Shown here in pieces: positions 42,130 to 57,100 of a stretch of DNA of 64,000 nucleotides. Within the stretch, counting starts at the first letter, position 1. Each line of letters starts with the position of its first letter. The position numbers and the translations under genes are program-made. Source of the stretch: Balanoglossus misakiensis. Taxonomy: Eukaryota > Animalia > Hemichordata. The notes below the pieces were generated by a model. That model saw nothing but the letters and a program-made list of their open reading frames with translations. It made no database searches and had not been told where the DNA came from. Location: positions 8,259,046-8,323,045 of the forward strand of contig CM082584.2 in NCBI GenBank assembly GCA_040954595.2, written 5' to 3'.

Positions 42130-45100
42130 GAAATTTTGAAACTTCGCAAAGTCGAAAAATTGTCATTTTCGGACGATTTTCATGAGCTATATCCCATGAT
42201 TTTTCTCAAAAAATGAAAAAAATTTGAACTTTCGCAAAGTCGAAAAATTTTCATTTTTGGATGATTTTCATGAGCAATAACCCATGGTTTTTTCAAAAAA
42301 ATGAAGAAATTTTGATATTTCGCAAAGTCGAAAAATTGTCATTTTTGGACGATTTTCATGGGCTATAACCCATGGTTTTTTCAAAAAAATGAAGAAATTT
42401 TGATCTTTCGCAAAGTCGAAAAATTGTCATTTTTGGACGATTTTCATGGGCTATAACCCATGGTTTTTTTTAAAAAAATGAAGAAATTTTCATCTTTCGC
42501 AAAGTCGAAAAATTGTCATTTTTGGACGATTTTCATGGTTTTTTCAAAAAAATGAAGAAATCTTGATCTTTCGCAAAGTCGAAAAATTGTCATTTTTGGA
42601 CGATTTTCATGGGCTATAACCCATGGTTTTTTCAAAAAAATTAAGAAATTTTGATCTTTCGCAAAGTCGAAAAATTGTCATTTTCGGACGATTTTCATGG
42701 GCTATAACCCATGGTTTTTTCAAAAAAAATGAAGAAATTTTGATCTTTCGCAAAGTCGAAAAATTGTCATTTTCGGACGATTTTCATGGTCTATAACCCA
42801 TGGTTTTTTCAAAAAAATGAAGAAATTTTGATCTTTCGCAAAGTCGAAAAATTGTCATTTTTGGACGATTTTCATGGGCTATAACCCATGGTTTTTTCAA
42901 AAAAATGAAGAAATTTTGATCTTTCGCAAAGTCGAAAAATTGTCATTTTTGGACGATTTTCATGGGCTATAACCCATGGTTTTTTCAAAAAAATGAAGAA
43001 ATTTTGATCTTTCGCAAAGTCGAAAAATTGTCATTTTTGGACGATTTTCATGGGCTATAACCCATGGTTTTTTCAAAAAAATGAAGAAATTTTGATCTTT
43101 CGCAAAGTCGAAAAATTGTCATTTTTGGACGATTTTCATGGGCTATAACCCATGGTTTTTTCAAAAAAATGAAGAAATTTTGATCTTTCGCAAAGTCGAA
43201 AAATTGTCATTTTTGGACGATTTTCATGGGCTATAACCCATGGTTTTTTCAAAAAAATGAAGAAATTTTGATCTTTCGCAAAGTCGAAAAATTGTCATTT
43301 TTGGACGATTTTCATGGGCTATAACCCATGGTTTTTTCAAAAAAATGAAGAAATTTTGATCTTTCGCAAAGTCGAAAAATTGTCATTTTTGGACGATTTT
43401 CATGGGCTATAACCCATGGTTTTTTCAAAAAAATGAAGAAATTTTGATCTTTCGCAAAGTCGAAAAATTGTCATTTTTGGACGATTTTCATGGGCTATAA
43501 CCCATGGTTTTTTAAAAAAAATGAAGAAATTTTGATATTTCGCAAAGTCGAAAAATTGTCATTTTTGGACGATTTTCATGGGCTATAACCCATGGTTTTT
43601 TCAAAAAAATGAAGAAATTTTGATATTTCGCAAAGTCGAAAAATTGTCATTTTTGGATGATTTTCATGGGCTATAACCCATGGTTTTTTCAAAAAAATGA
43701 AGAAATTTTGATATTTCGCAAAGTCGAAAAATTGTCATTTTTGGATGATTTTCATGGGCTATAACCCATGGTTTTTTCAAAAAAATGAAGAAATTTTGAT
43801 ATTTCGCAAAGTCGAAAAATTGTCATTTTTGGATGATTTTCATGGGCTATAACCCATGGTTTTTTCAAAAAAATGAAGAAATTTTGATATTTCGCAAAGT
43901 CGAAAAATTGTCATTTTTGGATGATTTTCATGGGCTATAACCCATGGTTTTTTCAAAAAAATGAAGAAATTTTGATATTTCGCAAAGTCGAAAAATTGTC
44001 ATTTTTGGATGATTTTCATGGGCTATAACCCATGGTTTTTTTTTAAAAAATGAAGAAATTTTCATCTTTCGCAAAGTCGAAAAATTGTCATTTTTGGACG
44101 ATTTTCATGGTTTTTTCAAAAAAATGAAGAAATCTTGATCTTTCGCAAAGTCGAAAAATTGTCATTTTTGGACGATTTTCATGGGCTATAACCCATGGTT
44201 TTTTCAAAAAAATGAAGAAATTTTGATCTTTCGCAAAGTCGAAAAATTGTCATTTTCGGACGATTTTCATGGGCTATAACCCATGGTTTTTTCAAAAAAA
44301 ATGAAGAAATTTTGATCTTTCGCAAAGTCGAAAAATTGTCATTTTCGGACGATTTTCATGGTCTATAACCCATGGTTTTTTCAAAAAAATGAAGAAATTT
44401 TGATCTTTCGCAAAGTCGAAAAATTGTCATTTTTGGACGATTTTCATGGGCTATAACCCATGGTTTTTTCAAAAAAATGAAGAAATTTTGATCTTTCGCA
44501 AAGTCGAAAAATTGTCATTTTTGGACGATTTTCATGGGCTATAACCCATGGTTTTTTCAAAAAAATGAAGAAATTTTGATCTTTCGCAAAGTCGAAAAAT
44601 TGTCATTTTTGGACGATTTTCATGGGCTATAACCCATGGTTTTTTCAAAAAAATGAAGAAATTTTGATCTTTCGCAAAGTCGAAAAATTGACATTTTTGG
44701 ACGATTTTCATGGGCTATAACCCATGGTTTTTTCAAAAAAATGAAGAAATTTTGATCTGTCGCAAAGTCGAAAAATTGTCATTTTTGGACGATTTTCATG
44801 GGCTATAACCCATGGTTTTTTCAAAAAAATGAAGAAATTTTGATCTTTCGCAAAGTCGAAAAATTGTCATTTTTGGACGATTTTCATGGGCTATAAGCCA
44901 TGGTTTTTTCAAAAAAATGAAGAAATTTTGATCTTTCGCAAAGTCGAAAAATTGTCATTTTTGGACGATTTTCATGGGCTATAACCCATGGTTTTTTCAA
45001 AAAAATGAAGAAATTTTGATCTTTCGCAAAGTCGAAAAATTGTCATTTTTGGACGATTTTCATGGGCTATAACCCATGGTTTTTTCAAAAAAATGAAGAA

Positions 45101-48100
45101 ATTTTGATCTTTCGCAAAGTCGAAAAATTGTCATTTTTGGACGATTTTCATGGGCTATAACCCATGGTTTTTTCAAAAAAATGAAGAAATTTTGATCTTT
45201 CGCAAAGTCGAAAAATTGTCATTTTTGGACGATTTTCATGGGCTATAACCCATGGTTTTTTCAAAAAAATGAAGAAATTTTGATCTTTCGCAAAGTCGAA
45301 AAATTGTCATTTTCGGACGATTTTCATGGGCTATAACCCATGGTTTTTTCAAAAAAAATGAAGAAATTTTGATCTTTCGCAAAGTCGAAAAATTGTCATT
45401 TTCGGACGATTTTCATGGTCTATAACCCATGGTTTTTTCAAAAAAATGAAGAAATTTTGATATTTCGCAAAGTCGAAAAATTGTCATTTTTGGATGATTT
45501 TCATGGGCTATAACCCATGGTTTTTTCAAAAAAATGAAGAAATTTTGATATTTCGCAAAGTCGAAAAATTGTCATTTTTGGATGATTTTCATGGGCTATA
45601 ACCCATGGTTTTTTTTAAAAAAATGAAGAAATTTTCATCTTTCGCAAAGTCGAAAAATTGTCATTTTTGGACGATTTTCATGGTTTTTTCAAAAAAATGA
45701 AGAAATCTTGATCTTTCGCAAAGTCGAAAAATTGTCATTTTTGGATGATTTTCATGGGCTATAACCCATGGTTTTTTCAAAAAAATGAAGAAATTTTGAT
45801 ATTTCGCAAAGTCGAAAAATTGTCATTTTTGGATGATTTTCATGGGCTATAGCCCATGGTTTTTTCAAAAAAATGAAGAAATTTTGATATTTCGCAAAGT
45901 CGAATAATTGTCATTTTTGGATGATTTTCATGGGCTATAACCCATGGTTTTTTCAAAAAAATGAAGAAATTTTGATATTTCGCAAAGTCGAAAAATTGTC
46001 ATTTTTGGATGATTTTCATGGGCTATAACCCATGGTTTTTTCAAAAAAATGAAGAAATTTTGATATTTCGCAAAGTCGAAAAATTGTCATTTTTGGATGA
46101 TTTTCATGGCTACATGGTTTTTTCAAAAAAATGAAGAAATTTTGATATTTCGCAAAGTCGAAAAATTGTCATTTTTGATGATTTTCATGGGCTATAACCC
46201 ATGGTTTTTTCAAAAAAATGAAGAAATTTGATATTTCGCAAAGTCGAAAAATTGTCATTTTTGGATGATTTTCATGGGCTGTAACCCATGGTTTTTTCAA
46301 AAAAATGAAGAAATTTTGATATTTCGCAAAGTCGAAAAATTGTCATTTTTGGATGATTTTCATGGGCTGTAACCCATGGTTTTTTCAAAAAATGAAGAAA
46401 TTTTGATATTTCGCAAAGTCGAAAAATTGTCATTTTTGGATGATTTTCATGGGCTATAACCCATGTTTTTTTCAAAAAAATGAAGAAATTTTGATATTTC
46501 GCAAAGTCGAAAAATTGTCATTTTTGGATGATTTTCATGGGCTATAACCCATGGTTTTTTCAAAAAAATGAAGAAATTTTGATATTTCGCAAAGTCGAAA
46601 AATTGTCATTTTTGGATGATTTTCATGGGCTATAACCCATGGTTTTTTCAAAAAAATGAAGAAATTTTGATATTTCGCAAAGTCGAAAAATTGTCATTTT
46701 TGGATGATTTTCATGGGCTATAACCCATGGTTTTTTCAAAAAAATGAAGAAATTTTGATATTTCGCAAAGTCGAAAAATTGTCATTTTTGGATGATTTTC
46801 ATGGGCTATAACCCATGGTTTTTTTCAAAAAAATGAAGAAATTTTGATATTTCGCAAAGTCGAAAAATTGTCATTTTTGGATGATTTTCATGGGCTATAA
46901 CCCATGGTTTTTTCAAAAAAATGAAGAAATTTTGATCTTTCGCAAAGTCGAAAAATTGTCATTTTTGGATGATTTTCATGGGCTATAACCCATGGTTTTT
47001 TCAAAAAAATGAAGAAATTTTGATATTTCGCAAAGTCGAAAAATTGTCATTTTTGGATGATTTTCATGGGCTATAACCCATGGTTTTTTCAAAAAAATGA
47101 AGAAATTTTGATATTTCGCAAAGTCGAAAAATTGTCATTTTTGGACGATTTTCATGGGCTATAACCCATGGTTTTTTCAAAAAATGAAGAAATTTTGATC
47201 TTTCGCAAAGTCGAAAAATTGTCATTTTTGGACGATTTCATGGGCTATAACCCATGGTTTTTTCAAAAAAATGAAGAAATTTTGATCTTTCGCAAAGTCG
47301 AAAAATTGTCATTTTTGGACGATTTTCATGGGCTATAACCCATGGTTTTTTCAAAAAATGAAGAAATTTTGATATTTCGCAAAGTCGAAAAATTGTCATT
47401 TTTGGACGATTTTCATGGGCTATAACCCATGGTTTTTTCAAAAAAATGAAGAAATTTTGATATTTCGCAAAGTCGAAAAATTGTCATTTTTGGACGATTT
47501 TCATGGGCTATAACCCATGGTTTTTTCAAAAAAATGAAGAAATTTTGATATTTCGCAAAGTCGAAAAATTGTCATTTTTGGACGATTTTCATGGGCTATA
47601 ACCCATGGTTTTTTCAAAAAAATGAAGAAATTTTGATATTTCGCAAAGTCGAAAAATTGTCATTTTTGGACGATTTTCATGGGCTATAACCCATGGTTTT
47701 TTCAAAAAAATGAAGAAATTTTGATATTTCGCAAAGTCGAAAAATTGTCATTTTTGGATGATTTTCATGGGCTATAACCCATGGTTTTTTCAAAAAAATG
47801 AAGAAATTTTGATATTTCGCAAAGTCGAAAAATTGTCATTTTTGGATGATTTTCATGGGCTATAACCCATGGTTTTTTCAAAAAAATGAAGAAATTTTGA
47901 TATTTCGCAAAGTCGAAAAATTGTCATTTTTGGATGATTTTCATGGGCTATAACCCATGGTTTTTTCAAAAAAATGAAGAAATTTTGATATTTCGCAAAG
48001 TCGAAAAATTGTCATTTTTGGATGATTTTCATGGGCTATAACCCATGGTTTTTTCAAAAAAATGAAGAAATTTTGATATTTCGCAAAGTCGAAAAATTGT

Positions 48101-51100
48101 CATTTTTGGATGATTTTCATGGGCTATAACCCATGGTTTTTTTTTAAAAAATGAAGAAATTTTCATCTTTCGCAAAGTCGAAAAATTGTCCTTTTTGGAC
48201 GATTTTCATGGTTTTTTCAAAAAAATGAAGAAATCTTGATCTTTCGCAAAGTCGAAAAATTGTCATTTTTGGACGATTTTCATGGGCTATAACCCATGGT
48301 TTTTTCAAAAAAATGAAGAAATTTTGATCTTTCGCAAAGTCGAAAAATTGTCATTTTCGGACGATTTTCATGGGCTATAACCCATGTTTTTTTCAAAAAA
48401 AATGAAGAAATTTTGATCTTTCGCAAAGTCGAAAAATTGTCATTTTCGGACGATTTTCATGGTCTATAACCCATGGTTTTTTCAAAAAAATGAAGAAATT
48501 TTGATCTTTCGCAAAGTCGAAAAATTGTCATTTTTGGACGATTTTCATGGGCTATAACCCATGGTTTTTTCAAAAAAATGAAGAAATTTTGATCTTTCGC
48601 AAAGTCGAAAAATTGTCATTTTTGGACGATTTTCATGGGCTATAACCCATGGTTTTTTCAAAAAAATGAAGAAATTTTGATCTTTCGCAAAGTCGAAAAA
48701 TTGTCATTTTTGGACGATTTTCATGGGCCCATGGTTTTTTCAAAAAAATGAAGAAATTTTGATCTTTCGCAAAGTCGAAAAATTGTCATTTTTGGACGAT
48801 TTTCATGGGCTATAACCCATGGTTTTTTCAAAAAAATGAAGAAATTTTGATCTTTCGCAAAGTCGAAAAATTGTCATTTTTGGACGATTTTCATGGGCTA
48901 TAACCCATGGTTTTTTCAAAAAAATGAAGAAATTTCGATCTTTCGCAAAGTCGAAAAATTGTCATTTTTGGACGATTTTCATGGGCTATAACCCATGGTT
49001 TTTTCAAAAAAATGAAGAAATTTTGATATTTCGCAAAGTCGAAAAATTGTCATTTTTGGACGATTTCATGGGCTATAACCCATGGTTTTTTCAAAAAAAT
49101 GAAGAAATTTTGATATTTCGCAAAGTCGAAAAATTGTCATTTTTGGATGATTTTCATGGGCTATAACCCATGGTTTTTTCAAAAAAATGAAGAAATTTTG
49201 ATCTTTCGCAAAGTCGAAAAATTGTCATTTTTGGATGATTTTCATGGGCTATAACCCATGGTTTTTTTTAAAAAAATGAAGAAATTTTCATCTTTCGCAA
49301 AGTCGAAAAATTGTCATTTTGGACGATTTTCATGGTTTTTTCAAAAAAATGAAGAAATCTTGATCTTTCGCAAAGTCGAAAAATTGTCATTTTGGATGAT
49401 TTTCATGGGCTATAACCCATGGTTTTTTCAAAAAAATGAAGAAATTTTGATATTTCGCAAAGTCGAAAAATTGTCATTTTTGGATGATTTTCATGGGCTA
49501 TAGCCCATGGTTTTTTCAAAAAAATGAAGAAATTTTGATATTTCGCAAAGTCGAAAAATTGTCATTTTTGGATGATTTTCATGGGCTATAACCCATGGTT
49601 TTTTCAAAAAAATGAAGAAATTTTGATATTTCGCAAAGTCGAAAAATTGTCATTTTTGGATGATTTTCATGGGCTATAACCCATGGTTTTTTCAAAAAAT
49701 GAAGAAATTTTGATATTTCGCAAAGTCGAAAAATTGTCATTTTTGGATGATTTTCATGGGCTGTAACCCATGGTTTTTTCAAAAAAATGAAGAAATTTTG
49801 ATATTTCGCAAAGTCGAAAAATTGTCATTTTTGGATGATTTTCATGGGCTGTAACCCATGGTTTTTTCAAAAAATGAGAAATTTTGATATTTCGCAAAGT
49901 CGAATAATTGTCATTTTTGGATGATTTTCATGGGCTATAACCCATGGTTTTTTCAAAAAAATGAAGAAATTTTGATATTTCGCAAAGTCGAAAAATTGTC
50001 ATTTTTGGATGATTTTCATGGGCTATAACCCATGGTTTTTTCAAAAAAATGAAGAAATTTTGATATTTCGCAAAGTCGAAAAATTGTCATTTTTGATGAT
50101 TTTCAATGGGCTGTAACCCATGGTTTTTTCAAAAAAATGAAGAAATTTTGATATTTCGCAAAGTCGAAAAATTGTCATTTTTGGATGATTTTCATGGGCT
50201 GTAACCCATGGTTTTTTCAAAAAAATGAAGAAATTTTGATATTTCGCAAAGTCGAAAAATTGTCATTTTTGGATGATTTTCATGGGCTATAACCCATGGT
50301 TTTTTCAAAAAAATGAAGAAATTTTGATATTTCGCAAAGTCGAAAAATTGTCATTTTTGGATGATTTTCATGGGCTATAACCCATGGTTTTTTCAAAAAA
50401 ATGAAGAAATTTTGATATTTCGCAAAGTCGAAAAATTGTCATTTTTGGATGATTTTCATGGGCTATAAACCCATGGTTTTTTCAAAAAAATGAAGAAATT
50501 TTGATATTTCGCAAAGTCGAAAAATTGTCATTTTTGGATGATTTTCATGGGCTATAACCCATGGTTTTTTCAAAAAAATGAAGAAATTTTGATATTTCGC
50601 AAAGTCGAAAAATTGTCATTTTTTGGATGATTTTCATGGGCTATAACCCATGGTTTTTTCAAAAAAATGAAGAAATTTTGATATTTCGCAAAGTCGAAAA
50701 ATTGTCATTTTCGGACGATTTTCATGGGCTATAACCCATGGTTTTTTCAAAAAAATGAAGAAATTTTGATATTTCGCAAAGTCGAAAAATTGTCATTTTC
50801 GGACGATTTTCATGGGCTATAACCCATGGTTTTTTCAAAAAAATGAAGAAATTTTGATATTTCGCAAAGTCGAAAAATTGTCATTTTTGGATGATTTTCA
50901 TGGGCTATAACCCATGGTTTTTTTCAAAAAAATGAAGAAATTTTGATCTTTCGCAAAGTCGAAAAATTGTCATTTTTGGATGATTTTCATGGGCTATAAC
51001 CCATGGTTTTTTCAAAAAAATGAAGAAATTTTGATCTTTCGCAAAGTCGAAAAATTGTCATTTTTGGATGATTTTCATGGGCTATAACCCATGGTTTTTT

Positions 51101-54100
51101 CAAAAAAATGAAGAAATTTTGATCTTTCGCAAAGTCGAAAAATTGTCATTTTTGGATGATTTTCATGGGCTATAACCCATGGTTTTTTCAAAAAAATGAA
51201 GAAATTTTGATCTTTCGCAAAGTCGAAAAATTGTCATTTTTGGACGATTTTCATGGGCTATAACCCATGGTTTTTTCAAAAAAATGAAGAAATTTTGATC
51301 TTTCGCAAAGTCGAAAAATTGTCATTTTTGGACGATTTTCATGGGCTATAACCCATGGTTTTTTCAAAAAAATGAAGAAATTTTGATATTTCGCAAAGTC
51401 GAAAAATTGTCATTTTTGGACGATTTTCATGGGCTATAACCCATGGTTTTTTCAAAAAAATGAAGAAATTTTGATATTTCGCAAAGTCGAAAAATTGTCA
51501 TTTTTGGACGATTTTCATGGGCTATAACCCATGGTTTTTTCAAAAAAATGAAGAAATTTTCATCTTTCGCAAAGTCGAAAAATTGTCATTTTTGGATGAT
51601 TTTCATGGGCTATAACCCATGGTTTTTTCAAAAAAATGAAGAAATTTTCATCTTTCGCAAAGTCGAAAAATTGTCATTTTTGGATGATTTTCATGGGCTA
51701 TAACCCATGGTTTTTCAAAAAAATGAAGAAATTTTGATATTTCGCAAAGTCGAAAAATTGTCATTTTTGGACGATTTTCATGGGCTATAACCCATGGTTT
51801 TTTCAAAAAAATGAAGAAATTTTGATATTTCGCAAAGTCGAAAAATTGTCATTTTTGGATGATTTTCATGGGCTATAACCCATGGTTTTTTCAAAAAAAT
51901 GAAGAAATTTTGATATTTCGCAAAGTCGAAAAATTGTCATTTTTGGATGATTTTCATGGGCTATAACCCATGGTTTTTTAAAAAAAATGAAGAAATTTTG
52001 ATATTTCGCAAAGTCGAAAAATTGTCATTTTTGGATGATTTTCATGGGCTATAACCCATGGTTTTTTCAAAAAAATGAAGAAATTTTGATATTTCGCAAA
52101 GTCGAAAAATTGTCATTTTTGGATGATTTTCATGGGCTATAACCCATGGTTTTTTCAAAAAAAATGAAGAAATTTTGATATTTCGCAAAGTCGAAAAATT
52201 GTCATTTTTGGATGATTTTCATGGGCTATAACCCATGGTTTTTTCAAAAAAATGAAGAAATTTTGATATTTCGCAAAGTCGAAAAATTGTCATTTTTGGA
52301 TGATTTTCATGGGCTATAACCCATGGTTTTTTCAAAAAAATGAAGAAATTTTGATATTTCGCAAAGTCGAAAAATTGTCATTTTTGGATGATTTTCATGG
52401 GCTATAACCCATGGTTTTTTCAAAAAAATGAAGAAATTTTGATATTTCGCAAAGTCGAAAAATTGTCATTTTTGGATGATTTTCATGGGCTATAACCCAT
52501 GGTTTTTTCAAAAAAATGAAGAAATTTTGATATTTCGCAAAGTCGAAAAATTGTCATTTTTGGATGATTTTCATGGGCTATAACCCATGGTTTTTTCAAA
52601 AAAATGAAGAAATTTTGATATTTCGCAAAGTCGAAAAATTGTCATTTTTGGATGATTTTCATGGGCTATAACCCATGGTTTTTCAAAAAAATGAAGAAAT
52701 TTTGATATTTCGCAAAGTCGAAAAATTGTCATTTTTGGATGATTTTCATTGGCTATAACCCATGGTTTTTTCAAAAAAATGAAGAAATTTTGATATTTCG
52801 CAAAGTCGAAAAATTGTCATTTTTGGATGATTTTCATGGGCTATAACCCATGGTTTTTTCAAAAAAATGAAGAAATTTTGATATTTCGCAAAGTCGAAAA
52901 ATTGTCATTTTTGGATGATTTTCATGGGCTATAACCCATGGTTTTTTCAAAAAAATGAAGAAATTTTGATATTTCGCAAAGTCGAAAAATTGTCATTTTT
53001 GGATGATTTTCATGGCTATAACCCATGGTTTTTTCAAAAAAATGAAGAAATTTTGATATTTCGCAAAGTCGAAAAATTGTCATTTTTGGATGATTTTCAT
53101 GGGCTATAACCCATGGTTTTTTCAAAAAAATGAAGAAATTTTGATATTTCGCAAAGTCGAAAAATTGTCATTTTTGGATGATTTTCATGGGCTATAACCC
53201 ATGGTTTTTTCAAAAAAATGAAGAAATTTTGATATTTCGCAAAGTCGAAAAATTGTCATTTTTGGATGATTTTCATGGGCTATAACCCATGGTTTTTTCA
53301 AAAAAATGAAGAAATTTTGATATTTCGCAAAGTCGAAAAATTGTCATTTTTGGATGATTTTCATGGGCTATAACCCATGGTTTTTTCAAAAAAATGAAGA
53401 AATTTTGATATTTCGCAAAGTCGAAAAATTGTCATTTTTGGATGATTTTCATGGGCTATAACCCATGGTTTTTTCAAAAAATTTAAGAAATTTTGATATT
53501 TCGCAAAGTCGAAAAATTGTCATTTTTGGATGATTTTCATGGGCTATAACCCATGGTTTTTTCAAAAAAATGAAGAAATTTTGATATTTCGCAAAGTCGA
53601 AAAATTGTCATTTTTGGATGATTTTCATGGGCTATAACCCATGGTTTTTTCAAAAAAATGAAGAAATTTTGATATTTCGCAAAGTCGAAAAATTGTCATT
53701 TTTGGATGATTTTCATGGGCTATAACCCATGGTTTTTTCAAAAAAATGAAGAAATTTTGATATTTCGCAAAGTCGAAAAATTGTCATTTTTGGATGATTT
53801 TCATGGGCTATAACCCATGGTTTTTTCAAAAAAATGAAGAAATTTTGATATTTCGCAAAGTCGAAAAATTGTCATTTTTGGATGATTTTCATGGGCTATA
53901 ACCCATGGTTTTTTCAAAAAAAATGAAGAAATTTTGATATTTCGCAAAGTCGAAAAATTGTCATTTTTTGGATGATTTTCATGGGCTATAACCCATGGTT
54001 TTTTCAAAAAATTTAAGAAATTTTGATATTTCGCAAAGTCGAAAAATTGTCATTTTTGGATGATTTTCATGGGCTATAACCCATGGTTTTTTCAAAAAAA

Positions 54101-57100
54101 TGAAGAAATTTTGATATTTCGCAAAGTCGAAAAATTGTCATTTTTGGATGATTTTCATGGGCTATAACCCATGGTTTTTTCAAAAAAATGAAGAAATTTT
54201 GATATTTCGCAAAGTCGAAAAATTGTCATTTTTGGATGATTTTCATGGGCTATAACCCATGGTTTTTTCAAAAAAATGAAGAAATTTTGATATTTCGCAA
54301 AGTCGAAAAATTGTCATTTTTGGATGATTTTCATGGGCTATAACCCATGGTTTTTTCAAAAAATGAAGAAATTTTGATATTTCGCAAAGTCGAAAAATTG
54401 TCATTTTTGGATGATTTTCATGGGCTATAACCATGGTTTTTTCAAAAAAATGAAGAAATTTTGATATTTCGCAAAGTCGAAAAATTGTCATTTTTGGATG
54501 ATTTTCATGGGCTATAACCCATGGTTTTTTCAAAAAAATGAAGAAATTTTGATATTTCGCAAAGTCATTTTTGGATGATTTTCATGGGCTATAACCCATG
54601 GTTTTTCAAAAAAATGAAGAAATTTTGATATTTCGCAAAGTCGAAACATTGTCATTTTGGATGATTTTCATGGGCTATAACCCATGGTTTTTTCAAAAAA
54701 ATGAAGAAATTTTGATATTTCGCAAAGTCGAAACATTGTCATTTTTGGATGATTTTCATGGGCTATAACCCATGGTTTTTTCAAAAAAATGAAGAAATTT
54801 TGATATTTCGCAAAGTCGAAAAATTGTCATTTTTGGATGATTTTCATGGGCTATAACCCATGGTTTTTTCAAAAAAATGAAGAAATTTTGATATTTCGCA
54901 AAGTCGAAAAATTGTCATTTTTGGATGATTTTCATGGGCTATAACCCATGGTTTTTTCAAAAAAATGAAGAAATTTTGATATTTCGCAAAGTCGAAAAAT
55001 TGTCATTTTTGGATGATTTTCATGGGCTATAACCCATGGTTTTTTCAAAAAAATGAAGAAATTTTGATATTTCGCAAAGTCGAAAAATTGTCATTTTTGG
55101 ATGATTTTCATGGGCTATAACCCATGGTTTTTCAAAAAAATGAAGAAATTTTGATATTTCGCAAAGTCGAAAAATTGTCATTTTTGGATGATTTTCATGG
55201 GCTATAACCCATGGTTTTTTCAAAAAAATGAAGAAATTTTGATATTTCGCAAAGTCGAAAAATTGTCATTTTTGGATGATTTTCATGGGCTATAACCCAT
55301 GGTTTTTTCAAAAAAATGAAGAAATTTTGATATTTCGCAAAGTCGAAAAATTGTCATTTTTGGATGATTTTCATGGGCTATAACCCATGGTTTTTTCAAA
55401 AAATTTAAGAAATTTTGATATTTCGCAAAGTCGAAAAATTGTCATTTTTGGATGATTTTCATGGGCTATAACCCATGGTTTTTCAAAAAAATGAAGAAAT
55501 TTTGATATTTCGCAAAGTCGAAAAATTGTCATTTTTGGATGATTTTCATGGGCTATAACCCATGGTTTTTTCAAAAAAATGAAGAAATTTTGATATTTCG
55601 CAAAGTCGAAAAATTGTCATTTTTGGATGATTTTCATGGGCTATAACCCATGGTTTTTTCAAAAAAATGAAGAAATTTTGATATTTCGCAAAGTCGAAAA
55701 ATTGTCATTTTTGGATGATTTTCATGGGCTATAACCCATGGTTTTTTCAAAAAAATGAAGAAATTTTTGTTATTTCGCAAAGTCGAAAAATTGTCATTTT
55801 TGGATGATTTTCATGGGCTATAACCATGGTTTTTTCAAAAAAATGAAGAAATTTTGATATTTCGCAAAGTCGAAAAATTGTCATTTTTGGATGATTTTCA
55901 TGGGCTATAACCCATGGTTTTTTCAAAAAAATGAAGAAATTTTGATATTTCGCAAAGTCATTTTTGGATGATTTTCATGGGCTATAACCCATGGTTTTTT
56001 CAAAAAAATGAAGAAATTTTGATATTTCGCAAAGTCGAAACATTGTCATTTTTGGATGATTTTCATGGGCTATAACCCATGGTTTTTTCTAAAAAATGAA
56101 GAAATTTTGATATTTCGCAAAGTCGAAAAATTGTCATTTTTGGATGATTTTCATGGGCTATAACCCATGGTTTTTTCAAAAAAATGAAGAAATTTTGATA
56201 TTTCGCAAAGTCGAAAAATTGTCATTTTTGGATGATTTTCATGGGCTATAACCCATGGTTTTTTCAAAAAAATGAAGAATTTTGATATTTCGCAAAGTCG
56301 AAAAATTGTCATTTTTGGATGATTTTCATGGGCTATAACCCATGGTTTTTTCAAAAAAATGAAGAAATTTTGATATTTCGCAAAGTCGAAAAATTGTCAT
56401 TTTTGGATGATTTTCATGGGCTATAACCCATGTTTTTTTCAAAAAAATGAAGAAATTTTGATATTTCGCAAAGTCGAAAAATTGTCATTTTTGGATGATT
56501 TTCATGGGCTATAACCCATGGTTTTTTCAAAAAAATGAAGAAATTTTGATATTTCGCAAAGTCGAAAAATTGTCATTTTTGGATGATTTTCATGGGCTAT
56601 AACCCATGGTTTTTTCAAAAAAATGAAGAAATTTTGATATTTCGCAAAGTCGAAAAATTGTCATTTTTGGATGATTTTCATGGGCTATAACCCATGGTTT
56701 TTTCAAAAAAATGAAGAAATTTTGATATTTCGCAAAGTCGAAAAATTGTCATTTTTGGATGATTTTCATGGGCTATAACCCATGTTTTTTTCAAAAAAAT
56801 GAAGAAATTTTGATATTTCGCAAAGTCGAAAAATTGTCATTTTTGGATGATTTTCATGGGCTATAACCCATGGTTTTTTCAAAAAAATGAAGAAATTTTG
56901 ATATTTCGCAAAGTCGAAAAATTGTCATTTTTGGATGATTTTCATGGGCTATAACCCATGGTTTTTTCAAAAAAATGAAGAAATTTTGATATTTCGCAAA
57001 GTCGAAAAATTGTCATTTTTGGATGATTTTCATGGGCTATAACCCATGGTTTTTTCAAAAAAATGAAGAAATTTTGATATTTCGCAAAGTCGAAAAATTG

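Noticed and set aside
41677-42216. YVCM/HTYI/VC-repeat ORFs
   Set aside because: They are translations of microsatellites.
43098-43115. CENP-B box-like TTCG...CG motif in the monomer
   Set aside because: The spacing and the CGGG end do not match TTCGnnnnAnnCGGG.
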